This document shows positions 50,555 to 63,686 of a DNA stretch of 64,000 bases, piece by piece (within the stretch, counting starts at the first letter, position 1; each line of letters starts with the position of its first letter). Made by a program: the position numbers and the translations under genes. The DNA is from Paecilomyces variotii (Eukaryota), in NCBI GenBank assembly GCA_004022145.1, contig RCNU01000002.1. One strand, given 5' to 3'. The notes beneath the pieces are model-generated. The model had not been told where the DNA came from, searched no databases, and saw nothing but the letters and a program-made list of their open reading frames with translations.

Positions 50555-53095
50555 TCTGCTGTAGAACAGCATGCTTTATTGACTTACGAAGTTTTCTTTT
50601 TTCTTTTTTCTTTTCATCTTCTAATTTTTCTTTTTTCTTCTCTTCTCTTCTCTTTTCTCTTCTCATCTCCTTCTTATTTCTATTCGATATTGTGGTTCAT
50701 TTGGAACTCTTATTGCTTTTGTTGTTTACTTACATCAGGAGGCTTGCCTCCGTATTTCCAGTCATCCTTAGGCCTGAACTCGTCGGCCGTTAATAATCGT
50801 CAAAGTCCGTGGCAAGGCCACGCCTGCACGAGTCTATGATATGACGTTTAATGATCTTCTTCCTCATTACACCTTAATACTTCTTTAATGGTCGTCTGTT
50901 CATAGCTTGACGTCCGCCTTGATGTATACTTAGCCATTCTGGGCGGTCAGAGAACTGATCACGAAAGAATACGGATAATAATGCGAGTGTTACTCCATTC
51001 GATTCCTCGAAGGGTCTTGGAACCTTCTTACTGTTTGTATCAGAAATATACCGGTGGTTAGAACTTGGTGTCTCTCCAAGAGAGACGAAGCTGGGACTGA
51101 CTGCTTGGGCTGTCCTAGGTGCCTTCTGCACATGGACCCGTGGCTGTGCGGACTTTGGAGTGCACGATGACGTGGCTAACATGGCGCCAGGCGCAGCAAT
51201 GAATTTAGCAAAATAGATGGCTACTAACAGTTGAAGGTTGTCTTATGTGAAGAAGCAGCTGAGAACTGAAGTAATTAGGTCGCTCACACCATGAATTCAA
51301 TATTTCCCCGGGTTTTCGGGTCCTCCAACTTGACTTCAACTTAAGCATTCTTATCCACTTTTCTCGATGCCCAGCGCGGCTCACGGGTCGCTCCGTGGAT
51401 ATGCTCCATGATCCTCGGTCGGCAAAGGTGGTTCAGTTGCCATAAACAGACGTGGGGGATCCTGTGTACCTGTTACGGAATCCACTGAGTGCAATAATGA
51501 ATATTGTCGAATCCTTTAACACGGAAGCAAGGTCTGACCTGAACGACTTGAATTTCTTGCTTGCTTCTAGGTCTAGGGGGAGATTTGATCCCATATTTAT
51601 CTTTAGCATACAAAGAATCTATATCCTAGTAATCCATCCTATAATCAGGATTCAAAGAATTAGCCGCAAACGGATAATTGACGGATCACCTGGCGTTCGC
51701 TTCGTACGCCGACAATATTTATCATGTAAATCACTACTAGACAGTTGCCTATACTGCCACCACCAACCGCCTTAGTAGCTTAGTTATCGCTCCTACCTCT
51801 CTGGGAGGGAAGTAGAACTTTCAACTTCTTCCTCCTCAAGCTCCCATCTCACTATGTACCATCTTTTATCGATTCTCACATTTGCGCTATCTAGACTATC
51901 TGCTAACTTAGTTGACTTGTGGATGATCTTTTCTTTTTCCGGATCCTAGACAGTACTCTCTAGTGTATTGCTAGTTCTAGGCCACGGCTGGTGATAGTTG
52001 GGACCTCTGGATAAGAACGCACTATCTAGTCAAGACCAAGTTGTGGAATGCGATACGTTAAGACGCCTTCTGAGCCCTGACAGTACTAGTAAGAATATTG
52101 TGATTAGTTATTGATTTTCCTGGATCTTGGTCATTTATCTCTAATCGTGACTAGACACCAGCCTCTCTCAGAAGAGGTAAGATATACCGTCGGGACGAGC
52201 CGGGCGAGTAAGACCGGGGAGGCTCGTGTCGCCCCGTGATTAGCATATTTTCTCTCTGGCCAAGAGAAGAAACGTCAAGCCACAGACTGAGCATGTGGTT
52301 CTATTCAGGATCCTAACGCTTTATCTCGGTTTCTAAGCAGATGTGCAATCTACATGGATGTGCTCCTCCGTGAGGATTCTAAAGAGGACCCGCCGGCCAC
52401 GATTGATTGACCTCCATGCAGTTTAGGAGAGGGGATTATCTAGCCTCTCCAATCTTAGACCTGGAGTGGAGGTGTCAAGAGTGGCTTTGGTGGCTGCGCT
52501 GAAGAGTCTGGCTGGTAGGGCTGGTTCCATCCATGTCTTCGCAACATTGGGAGCGGCGCAAGATCAGCGGGGTTTTGTGGCGCCGGTCTGAATTGGTACC
52601 GTGGCCTTTTAGTTCTAGTGTCAATCCGGAACGGCTGCCAATGGCCTAAATGACGATTGTCCTTGGGGGTGAGGAGGATAAGGAGAATACAGTGTTCGAT
52701 ATTGCAGCAGAATGAATGGCTTCTTCTGCGCTTGGTGAAGATCAGAGAAATCATGGCCTGGACGATATAGAGAAAAAAAGAAAAAAGAGAACAGAGCCGG
52801 TAGGATCTCCTCGGAAGCTTCCACGGTTCAGCTACAGCTTGGCTTCAACGAGCCCTATGACCTTTCGGCCAGCGCCCGTCGGGCTGCGTGGCCCACTGTG
52901 CCCTGGATGGTAATCCTGCATTGACCGCCCCCGAGAGAGAAGCTCCGCTTCATCATTCCCTTGTCTTTTTCTCTCCTTCTTCCATTTCATATCTCCATCG
53001 TGTTCATTCCGCCAGTGAAGTTGTGTGCGTTACTAGTCGGATAGGCCATTGTTGTCCCCTCTCAACTCGAGTCAACAGGAAAATTCGCCGCAACC

Positions 53096-53659
53096 ATGTC
53101 GAACCAGGGCTACTACCAGCAGCCTCAGTACCCGCCTCAGTCGTATGTGGCCCTCCCCCGATATCGTGTCGCACTCTTCCTTTCGGCTTGGTAGTCGTCC
53201 TTCAGGCGACATATATGGTCATTCAATCTTATTGTTCATTCTCTGACTGACGTTTCTGTCGCATCTAGATACCCGCCTCAGGGCTATCCCCCCCAGGGCT
53301 ACGGTCCTCCCCAGGGTTACCCCCAGCAGGGTTACCCGCCACCTGGTGTACGCCTATACCACCCTTGTCCTATCGCGGATCTCGTTTATAGAACGCCAGT
53401 CTGTTTATCGGCAGCGGTATACTGATGAGGGATAATGAACAGATGCAATACCAGCAGCAGGCCCCGCCCCCGGAGAAGAAGGACCGAGGATGCTTGGCTA
53501 CCTGGTATGTGTTCCTTGTTGACCCCTTTCGTATTCGATGTAGATTGCTAATTGGCCGCGCTCCGGCGTAATAGTCTTGCAACGCTGTGCTGCTTGTGTC
53601 TCTGTGAGGAGACTTGCGAGTGCTGCTTCGATTGCATCGAGTGCCTTGAGTTCTGCTAG
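53096..53659 (+). CDS. Small CYSTM (cysteine-rich transmembrane module) protein, 90 aa, 4 exons
   Basis: Exons 53096-53142, 53269-53347, 53443-53504, 53575-53659 (273 nt, in frame): MSNQGYYQQPQYPPQSYPPQGYPPQGYGPPQGYPQQGYPPPGMQYQQQAPPPEKKDRGCLATCLATLCCLCLCEETCECCFDCIECLEFC*. Confidence 0.88.
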
Positions 53660-54785
53660 AACTCATCGCGATAAGACACGACCGACTGTCACACCCTGGC
53701 TCCATTGTATACGTCCATGACCGCCCTGTTTCTGTTGCTTCACTTTCATCTACGCATCTATTTGGCCGCGGCTGGTTAAGTTTCCGCAGAGCTCGATTGG
53801 ATGAGCGTGCTATATACTCTGATTTTTCTCTATCCGGCTCAACATCTCTGGGTCCTTGCTCGATTTTTTCTTATATATTGTCTGCAGCTATTCACGCTAC
53901 GTCCAAAACAGGTGATGGACAAGCCATGTTTGGAATAGGCAAAATGATTATAACTTGTTGATGTTCGCGTCTTATGCGCGCGGTACGCTGCCATGGCTGG
54001 CACCGATCAAGATATGTCCTCTTGGCTAGAACCTACACCATTAATCATCTAGGTATTTTGGCTGAGAGGGCATATACACATTGGATAATCTTTCCATGTG
54101 TGCCTAGTCCTCATCCAAGCATTTAAAACGATCTAGCTGCTTCGAAACTGTTCAACGTTTGCGCACAGGTAACTGGATCTCTGATACAGTTCAGTGGAGA
54201 ACCATGACTTATCTTAATCATCATTTCGATGTTGAAAATTTGGGGTCAGATAAAATATGTAGACTAATATGTATATCCTTTCTGAGGGAGCCCTTTCGGA
54301 GACAGTTATCGAAGTACGGCTCCTGTGGGCGTTGGGAAATAAAACGCGGATTGGAAAATCGAGTCTGAGAACTGCTAGAGGACCAATTGAACTATTTTGG
54401 TTTTATAGTTATAACTATAGCGATATTATTAGTGACACGTTGCGCTGTGCCAATATGTATCTACATGCTGCGCCTCAGCGCGTACTGCACGAGGCCAGTA
54501 ATGTCTCTTATCACCCAGAGCGCTAAGCCACGGTACTTTTGCCCGGCGGTTATATACCATCGGTTACTCGTCGGAAACGCGCTCAGCATGCATATGGATG
54601 CTTTAGCGAGTTTCAGTTTTCGATGAGCGGTTTTCAAGGGATTGAAGGGGAGAGATGGCAGTGAGAAATGGGATGGGTGTTCTTTATAACTTTAGCGAGG
54701 AGACGGCATTTGTATCATTATTATTTGAAGAAGTAGAATAATTATTATTGCAACTCCAAAGAGGTCACATGTATACACTCTCTAA

Positions 54786-56519
54786 ATGACCGCCTTCATC
54801 TTCTCTGGCAATTGTACAATCCCAGCTAATATCACGCATTATGTCTCCGGCCCTAACACACGCGGAACGCTCGATATCATCTGGAGCTCTCTCTCCATTC
54901 TCATTTTATGCGTCTGGTCGATTCAGCACCTTAACCTACCTCCACAATGGCATCTAAACCTGGAAGCATACTATTCCTCATCGGAGGAAAAAGGGAAGAA
55001 AAAGACGCCCACTACCCGTCGGATATACAAAATGAACAAGAAAATCAGACGGAAAGGTTACTTGCTTAATCGTGAGATTCGATGGATGATTATGAATCTG
55101 GTCGCACCGGAATTTCTGCTGGCGAAGGCCTTGACGGATTTCGTATCGGCGAGGAGCCTGAGCCCACGATTGAAAGCGTATGCGAGTGAGGATGAGGTGG
55201 ATTGGGACATGGCGCATACTTACTATGCGAATATGGGTGGGTTCATTGTGAGGTTTGAGAAAGATGAGGGACAACTATGGGTAGAAAGGGGCGACGGTGG
55301 TGGTTCTCAGGAGGATGTTGAATCCTGTCGCGTCTCTAGGGAACATGGTATATCCAACTCGATGACGGATCAGGAGTCCTTGGTCGGAGGCGAAGAAGAG
55401 AATCATGATACAATGAAAATACCCACGCCGGTTACTTCCGTCCAAAACATGCAGAATGCCATCCACGGTCTTATGCAGAGTCCAGCATGGAGTCCGAACC
55501 GGTATATCGAACGTGTATACGAATTCCAAGGCTTGACGGGCTTCGACTGGGAGGTAGATTCTAAGAATCGCGAGGCTGTTCTCACGGCCCTTGAAGAGTA
55601 TCCTACGTCGGATATGCACCATATCAGCTTGATGAGATGGTATCATAACGTCTGTGCCCTTCAGGGTAACGTCTGGTACCTTGATGCTGCGCAGTTGCTT
55701 TTGGTGCGCCAGTGTGGTATCATCACTTCTCTACCACACCTTCCTAAGGAGGTTCTCGACGACCAGAGCAAAAGCGATTCTCTGGCCAAGACTTTCACGT
55801 TGATCCAGGTTGTCTGGCTGGCTCTGCAGCTCATTTCTCGCCAGACGGAGGGCCTTCCAAGTTCACAAATGGAGATATCTGCCCTTAGCTTCGCGGTCTG
55901 CTCTTTTTTCACCTATCTTCTTATGTGGAACAAGCCTCAAGGAGTGGAGGCTTCCTGCTATATCACGGCTAATCGACGGCCGACTGTGCAGGAAGTCAAA
56001 GCGTTAGGTATTATCGGCCCAGCAACTTTCGGTCCCCATCGTATGCGCCCCTGGATATCCAACAATTGTTTTCATCCATGTTATCGATGGGATCATGCCG
56101 CGTCCTCGCTAAGACCTAGTGACTTCGAAGGGGATCTGAAACGAATATCTCGCTTCCAGCCCGGATTTGTAGTCGGTGCCGTCCTCTTTGGTGGGATTCA
56201 CTGTCTATCCTGGAACTCGCATTTCCCTACGTCGGCTGAACACCTTCTCTGGCGCGCCTCCTGCCTCCTCTTGACCATCGTTCCTCCGGTCGGTGGGATG
56301 TGTACCTTTCTCATGGGCTGGATCAGATCTCGACTTCACCGCATAGGAAGGACGAGAGCAACTGGATATATTGCGAATCTTATGTCACTGGTGCTAACGC
56401 TGCCATATATTCTGACGAGGTTGTATCTGAACATTGAGGTTTTCCGCTGTTTGGCGTATGAGCCGCCTGAAGTTTTTCTGGCGACAAACTGGCCCGATTG
56501 GCTTCCTCATTTGGGGTGA
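54786..56519 (+). CDS. Uncharacterised fungal multi-pass membrane protein
   Basis: Intronless 577-aa ORF with motifs of a widespread fungal family: RGTLDIIWS..LCVWS..HLNLP, APE, HTYYANMGGF, DQSKSDSLAK, FGGIHCLSWNSHFPT.AE..LWR. About 7 hydrophobic segments. Confidence 0.8.
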   Translation: MTAFIFSGNCTIPANITHYVSGPNTRGTLDIIWSSLSILILCVWSIQHLNLPPQWHLNLEAYYSSSEEKGKKKTPTTRRIYKMNKKIRRKGYLLNREIRWMIMNLVAPEFLLAKALTDFVSARSLSPRLKAYASEDEVDWDMAHTYYANMGGFIVRFEKDEGQLWVERGDGGGSQEDVESCRVSREHGISNSMTDQESLVGGEEENHDTMKIPTPVTSVQNMQNAIHGLMQSPAWSPNRYIERVYEFQGLTGFDWEVDSKNREAVLTALEEYPTSDMHHISLMRWYHNVCALQGNVWYLDAAQLLLVRQCGIITSLPHLPKEVLDDQSKSDSLAKTFTLIQVVWLALQLISRQTEGLPSSQMEISALSFAVCSFFTYLLMWNKPQGVEASCYITANRRPTVQEVKALGIIGPATFGPHRMRPWISNNCFHPCYRWDHAASSLRPSDFEGDLKRISRFQPGFVVGAVLFGGIHCLSWNSHFPTSAEHLLWRASCLLLTIVPPVGGMCTFLMGWIRSRLHRIGRTRATGYIANLMSLVLTLPYILTRLYLNIEVFRCLAYEPPEVFLATNWPDWLPHLG

Positions 56520-57512
56520 GGGATGTGTAGCATCTGTATGCGTGTGTTATAGTAGTGGTCGAGTAGAATAATTGGATATTAGTATTGGCGGAATATGCCT
56601 CTAAATGACTTCGCATGTATGTAGACTGTTGGAAGTGAAGTGATTCTTTCCTAGGGACGCCAGCTTTGTTTCACAAAAGAGGATATAGGAAATTTTAGAT
56701 TGAAAATAGCCGTGAGATCAGTAGACGCTTATGGTACTGGACATCCATGCATCGTGCCCTTTGCTGAGAAATTAATTGTTCTGCTTTTCCCCGTGTTGTC
56801 TTTCTATGACAGTCACCGATGTCCCAACATCTGCTGATGAAAACTTCCATTGGCTGTAATTAATGGAATGATGGAAGCTTTCTTAAAGCTTGGGTCGGAG
56901 ACCGCGGGGCCTTGGGGATACACAAGCAGGATGCAACAGCCTGCATTTGCCTTTTTGGGACAAATAAACTGGTACTTCTTACCAGCTCGCTCGTAAAGCT
57001 CGTAAAACATCCCCGCTCGTTTCCTGTCATCTGGTGACGTCTTCTGGTAACCTCAGATTCTAATCTGCTACTGACTGGCCTTCTTCGCAGCTGGCTGTAG
57101 TACAAACTTCCGAGAAGGACTTTCACTGGTGCTATCAACCGGGGTCTGAAGATGAAGTAAGGACTAACTTGGTGTGCTTGAAACTTATTACGATTGACCA
57201 ACCTTTCCTATTCACTGTCCCTTTTTACAGAATTCATTAGTTACTGGTCCATGATCTGCTTGGTGGATATGCTGATTTCCGTCATCCGTTTGGGCAATGA
57301 CCCTGGTCTATGTGAACATAATGCTGGAGTCCTCCGACAATCATAACACTAAGCTAGCCTCGTTATTTGCCTGACGCGTCCTTCGTTATTATTTTCACTG
57401 TCCAGTATTTCTTTATCCTTCTTCTGCTCTGACTGCTCCCCATTAGTACTTCTGCACTACCTCGTTCAAGTCACTCCTGAAGCTGGATGAAGTAGCTCCT
57501 GCTGCACTATCC

Positions 57513-60500
57513 ATGGTCGAGCCTCAGTTTCCAGCACCCTTCGGGGCTGCTGCAACTTCGACCAGAGCTATATCAGATCTCCATCCAAACTCCCATCTGT
57601 CTGGAACGCCAGGGGAAGGGCGCAATGATGGACTTGATGGAGCACTCGCGGGGACGACAGCAACTTATGACGACATTGGGGAGTGCGAAGAGAAGCAAAT
57701 CACATCTCTCGCACGACAGATGTCCCAGATATCGCGCCAAACCAGTGGTAATCACGCACTGGACTCTCGAAACCCGTTCCTCGAGTGTGATAAAGACCCC
57801 GAGCTGAATCCTAACTCGGGCGACTTCAACCCTCGCAAATGGCTCAAATCTACCTTGCAGATTACTTCACGCGACCCAGAACGCTATCCTCGTCGTACGG
57901 CTGGGTTGTCGTTTAGGGATCTCAGCGTCTACGGATATGGAACAGCTGCTGACTACCAGATGGATGTCGCTAATATGTGGCTCAAGGCCGCAGAATGGGT
58001 CAAAGGAGTACTAGGCCATCGGAAGGCAGTACGTATTGATATTCTGCGGAGCTTTGAAGGCCTTGTCAAGAGTGGTGAGATGTTGGTCGTACTGGGAAGA
58101 CCTGGAAGGTAACCGGTCCTCATTTGATATGTTGAAGACAAATATTTAACGTGTACAGTGGCTGTTCGACTTTTCTCAAAACAATCGCTGGAGAGACGCA
58201 TGGCTTCTACATAGATCATGGAGCGGATATTCAATACCAGGGAATATCCTGGGATGACATGCATAGTCAGTTCCGCGGAGAGGTCCTTTATCAGGCAGAG
58301 ACAGAAATCCACTTTCCGCAGTTGACGGCTGGCGAGACGCTACTATTTGCTGCTCATGCGCGTGCTCCAAAGAACCGCTTCCCTGGGGTCAGTCGTGATC
58401 AATATGCACAGCACATGCGGGACGTCGTTATGGCCACGTTTGGCCTCACCCATACCATCAATACTCGTATTGGGAACGAATATATCAGGGGTGTTTCTGG
58501 AGGTGAACGTAAGAGAGTCAGCATAGCAGAGGTGACGCTATGTGGAAGCCCTCTGCAGTGTTGGGATAACAGCACGCGCGGCCTCGATAGTTCAACTGCC
58601 TTGGAATTTGTCAAGACTGTTCGTCTTTCCACCCAGTATACTGGATCAGCTGCTATTGTGGCCATCTACCAGGCTGGACAAGCCATATACGACGTATGTC
58701 ACTTCATCTGGTTTGTACCGAATGGGATAGTTTGGCTAACGGTTATCAGGTCTTCGATAAGGTGACAGTACTATATGAAGGACGTCAAATATTCTTTGGA
58801 AAAGCTGCTGATGCCAAGCATTTCTTTGTGGACATGGGCTTCCATTGCCCGGATAGGCAAACAACTGCTGACTTTCTGACCTCCCTGACGAACCCCGAGG
58901 AGAGGCAGATCCGCCCAGGATTTGAGGCTCGTGTTCCTCATACCCCTGACGAGTTCGCGGCTCGATGGAAGGAAAGCCCTGAACGCCAATCGTTGTTATC
59001 AGAGATTGAAGCATACGAAGCTGAATACCCTCTAGGAGGCGAAAAGCTCAAGGAGTTCGCCATCTCACGCGCCGCAGAGAAGGCCAAAGGTACACCGGCC
59101 AAATCGCCATATACGCTGTCCTATCTGATGCAGATTCGTCTTTGCATATGGAGAGGCTTTCGACGTCTGAAGGGAGATACAAGCATGACAATGGCAACTG
59201 TCATCGGCAATCTTGTGATGGCTTTGATCGTCTCCAGTGTATTTTTCAATTTACAAGACAACACTGGCAGTTTCTTCGCTCGTGGCGCTCTGCTGTTCTT
59301 CGCGATATTGTTAAATGCATTTGCCAGCGCGCTGGAGATCCTAACCCTCTGGCAACAACGTCCCATAGTCGAGAAGCATAACAAGTATGCGCTATATCAC
59401 CCATCTGCGGAAGCGATTAGTTCTATGATCGTTGATCTTCCTTCGAAGTTTCTGGTGGCCATTGTTTTCAACCTGATCTTGTACTTTATGACCCATCTTC
59501 GGCGCACCCCAGGTCATTTCTTTGTCTTCTTCTTGTTCTCTGTCTCAACGACTCTGACGATGTCTAATATTTTCCGCTGGATCGGTGCAATATCCCGTAC
59601 TATGGCTCAAGCTATGACGCCGTCTTCGATTTTCATGTTGGCTCTCTGCATCTATACGGGCTTCACGATACCTATTCGAGACATGCACCCTTGGTTCCGC
59701 TGGATCAACTACCTTAACCCAATTGCCTATGCTTTTGAATCCCTCATGGTGAACGAATTTAGCGACAGACGCTTTCCATGTTCTCAATATATCCCATCAG
59801 GTCCAGGGTATGAGCATGTTAGTGGAAGCTCCGTCATTTGCTCCGAAAAAGGTGCGATAGCAGGGGAGAACTTTGTAGATGGAGACGCCTATATCAATAC
59901 AACGTTTCAATACTATAAATCACACCTCTGGCGCAATTTCGGCATTTTGGTCTGTTTCTTCATTGCATTTCTATTCGCATATATCGTCTCCAGCGAATAT
60001 GTGAGTGCGAAACCATCCAAAGGGGAAATTCTCGTCTTTCCGCGCGGGAAGATACCTGCGTTCATGAAGAAGGTTCACCGCGACGATGACGCCGAGGATG
60101 GGTACATTCGCGAAAAGGGCGGAATTGGTCAAGGTGGCCAAGATCAGACGGCGGCGATTGTGAGACAGACGGCAGTGTTTCATTGGCAAGATGTGTGCTA
60201 TGATATCAAGATCAAGGGCCAGCCTCGTCGTATCTTGAATCATATTGATGGATGGGTGAGACCTGGTACCCTAACGGCTTTGATGGGCGTTACCGGCGCA
60301 GGAAAGACTACGTTATTAGACGTTCTGGCAAATCGAGTTACCATGGGCGTGATCAGCGGTGAAATGCTCGTTGATGGACGACCGCGAGATGATTCCTTTC
60401 AGCGCAAAACAGGATATGTACAGCAACAAGACCTCCATCTCGAGACCTCTACAGTTCGAGAAGCTATTGTGTTTAGCGCACTGCTCCGCCAGCCTGCTAG

Positions 60501-62211
60501 CGTTCCACGTAAAGAGAAGGAGGCCTACGCAGAGGAAGTGATCAAAATGCTTGGTATGGAAGAATATGCAGAGGCTATCGTTGGCGTGCTTGGCGAAGGG
60601 CTTAACGTCGAGCAACGCAAGCGTTTGACTATAGGTGTAGAGATCGCAGCTAAGCCTGATCTTCTGCTCTTCTTTGATGAGCCGACATCCGGCCTGGATA
60701 GCCAAACAGCCTGGTCAATATGTACGTTGATGCGCAAACTAGCCGATCATGGACAAGCGATTCTTTGCACAATTCATCAGCCATCGGCGATGTTGATGCA
60801 GACATTCGACAGACTCCTGTTTCTGGCAGAAGGAGGCAAGACAGTGTACTTTGGGGAGCTCGGCGAGAACATGGAAACGCTTATCCAGTACTTTGAAAAG
60901 AAAGGGGCGCCAAAATGTCCGCCTAATGCCAATCCTGCGGAATGGATGCTGGAAGTCATAGGAGCGGCTCCCGGATCTCACACTGATAAGAACTGGCCTG
61001 AGGTGTGGAATGAAAGCAGCGAACGTACTCAGATCCGGCAGGAGCTTTTCCAAATGAAGGTGGAATTGTCTCAGAAACCCGAAGTTCCAAGAGCTGCTGG
61101 ATATGGAGAATTCGCGATGCCCCTCTGGTACCAGTTCCTAGTATGTCTGCGACGCATGTTCCAACAATATTGGCGCAGTCCTGGATATATCTATGCCAAG
61201 GCCACCATGTGTATCGTTCCGGTAAGGCCCTATGGCTCAATTGTTGGCTGTATACTAACGTATCAAGCCGCTCTTCATTGGGTTTACATTCTGGAGGGAG
61301 CAGAACAGTCTGCAAGGGCTGCAGAACGAGATGTTCGCCATATTCATGCTCCTGGTCGTCTTCCCAAGTCTGATTCAGCAAATGATGCCGTTTTTCGTGA
61401 CCCAAAGAGCGCTATACGAAGTGCGCGAACGCCCATGCAAAGCTTATTCCTGGAAAGCGTTCATGTTAGCCAGTATCACAGTGGAGTTGCCATGGAATAT
61501 GTTCATGGCTGTACCTATGTTCTTTTGCTGGTATTACCCTATAGGACTCTTCCGCAATGCCTATCCGACCCATACAGTACCATCACGGAGCGGCACGATG
61601 TTCTTGCTGGTTCTTGTGTTGATGATTTTCACGTCCACATTTTGCTCCATGGTCATCGCAGGGATAGAACAGGCCGAAACAGGCGGTAACGTAGCGCAGT
61701 TGATGTTCTCACTGTGTCTGGTCTTCTGCGGGTAAGTACTGTACATTAAGAGAGGATCCTGACAGAGACTGACAATATCCTTGACAGTGTCCTTGTTCCT
61801 AAAGCCTCGCTTCCAGGCTTCTGGATCTTCATGTATCGTGTCTCTCCCTTCAATTATCTAGTATCGGCAGTTTTGTCCACAGGCGTTGCAAGAGCCGACA
61901 TCACCTGCTCCAGCATCGAGTTATTGCATCTTAGCCCGCCGTCCGGGATGAACTGCTCTGCTTTCCTAGATCCCTATATCAGGTTTGCCGGCGGTCGAGT
62001 GCTCAACCCTGCTGCGACGTCTGATTGTGAATTTTGCTCAATGGCGACCACGGATCAGTTCCTCAGTACCATCAGCATTTACTTTTCCGAGCGGTGGCGT
62101 AATATCGGCATTCTATTCGGATACGCTGGTTTCAACATCATTGCAGCGGTGTTCCTGTACTGGTTGATCCGCGTTCCTAAGAAGAGGAGTCGAAAGATGA
62201 AGCAGGCGTGA
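57513..62211 (+). CDS. Full-size PDR (ABCG) multidrug ABC transporter, NBD-TMD-NBD-TMD
   Basis: NBD1 Walker A GRPGSGCST, signature [26 protein letters not shown]2 [30 protein letters not shown]. Introns 58109-58158, 58694-58749, 61222-61267 (AAG acceptor), 61732-61787. Confidence 0.95.
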
Positions 62212-63686
62212 GTGTGGAGACCAGAGGGACGGCTATGATATTTCCAGTGCTAGTAAACATGTCTGCTTTTCTGTATGGATGTCATCTCAGGCTGTTTGAA
62301 CGGAAGGTGAATCCAATATATTCTTTCGAGGCGAATTTGCCCATCATACCCAATGAGGATAGATGGATCGGATGTATGAGCACCAAAACCAGAACTAGGA
62401 GAATAAAAAGAAACTAGAAAATAGTTCACAGCAATCTGTCCCCAAATAAGAAGTTGATCGGTGCATTGCGCACCTGTTGAACTGCGGAGAAGAGCCAAGA
62501 GAGCCAAGAAGGGATGAACCGATCGTTGAGCTTACCGCTCCGCATTGTCCATCGCTGATAGCAGCTGCAAGATCAACGCCATTGATTGAGAAGAATGGAT
62601 TATTCCATTGTCTAGACATAATAGCTATGTTTCCGGTTATGGCTACTATGTAGTATAGTTAAGTAGCTAACTAGCTTACCGTATCCGGCGAACATGAAAC
62701 TGAGATAGCATCGAAACCGTTATAGTTAAGTCAACTAGCTATAGCGATGCCTTATGCGCTGTTAGTCAAACGGCAGCTAAGTTGCAAGCAGCGACGATCA
62801 CCCCGACTTCAAGTTAAAGTATGTATGTACATAGTTAGCATTGTTAACTGCTTACGTGGTGGTGGTTGTCGTCCATCCATTCCCTGATGATGGACAAATT
62901 CGCGTTCGCTTCCGGCGACGCGACAACACCGCGGATCGCAATTGGGATCCGCCATGGCGTAATGCCCTAGGGAAGGGATCACATTCATTGCAATGTGCAT
63001 TGCAACTGTACCTTTTCCCTCCTTTTTCCGTTATCAGCGGTTCCTGACGCGTATCTCGATCGAATCTTGATCCTCTTCAGACACTCTTTATCTCGGCCAA
63101 ATAATAAGTCCCTTTGATTATTATTATTGAAACCTTTTTCCCCCTCGGCTCTGTTCCCTCTCCTCCACTCCTTCTCGGCGTCTCAGATGTCTGGTTCACT
63201 ATTACTTCACTAACGAATTAATACCCCGTACACTTGGGCTTTGGAGGCGGATTTTACTATTTTAGGTTACAGTAATCCACCCTCCCTTTTTCCCGAGGCT
63301 CTAAAAAAGCAGTTCGTGTTTCCCCCAGCTTTCCTCCCTTGGTTAAGAAGCCTATGCTAAACCTTCTCTCATAGGATCCTTTTTTTCGAAGCGCCCCAAC
63401 CAAACAGGACTTGGCAGACAAGCATTTATTTATTATAGGGTAGAATTCCAAGCCGAGATCGAAATCAATGCTAGGCATTTGAACTAATTAAGGGGGCATT
63501 TGCGATGAATCGATAACAGATTCCCAAGTGGTCAAGTTCCGAAGTTCTAGCCACATAAGGTGGTGAACGAACAGACGACGAATTCTAGTCGAAAAAAGTA
63601 AATTTTGACGTCCCATGTCGGTTGTTGAACACCAGCGATAGCGTGCTTGAGTTGGCCTAGCTACCCATCGCGTTTGCTGTGTGCCC

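Noticed and set aside
58696-61689. Apparent frameshifts or fragmentation of the ABC transporter
   Set aside because: All breaks are explained by short introns with proper donor, branch and acceptor sites, so it is not a pseudogene.
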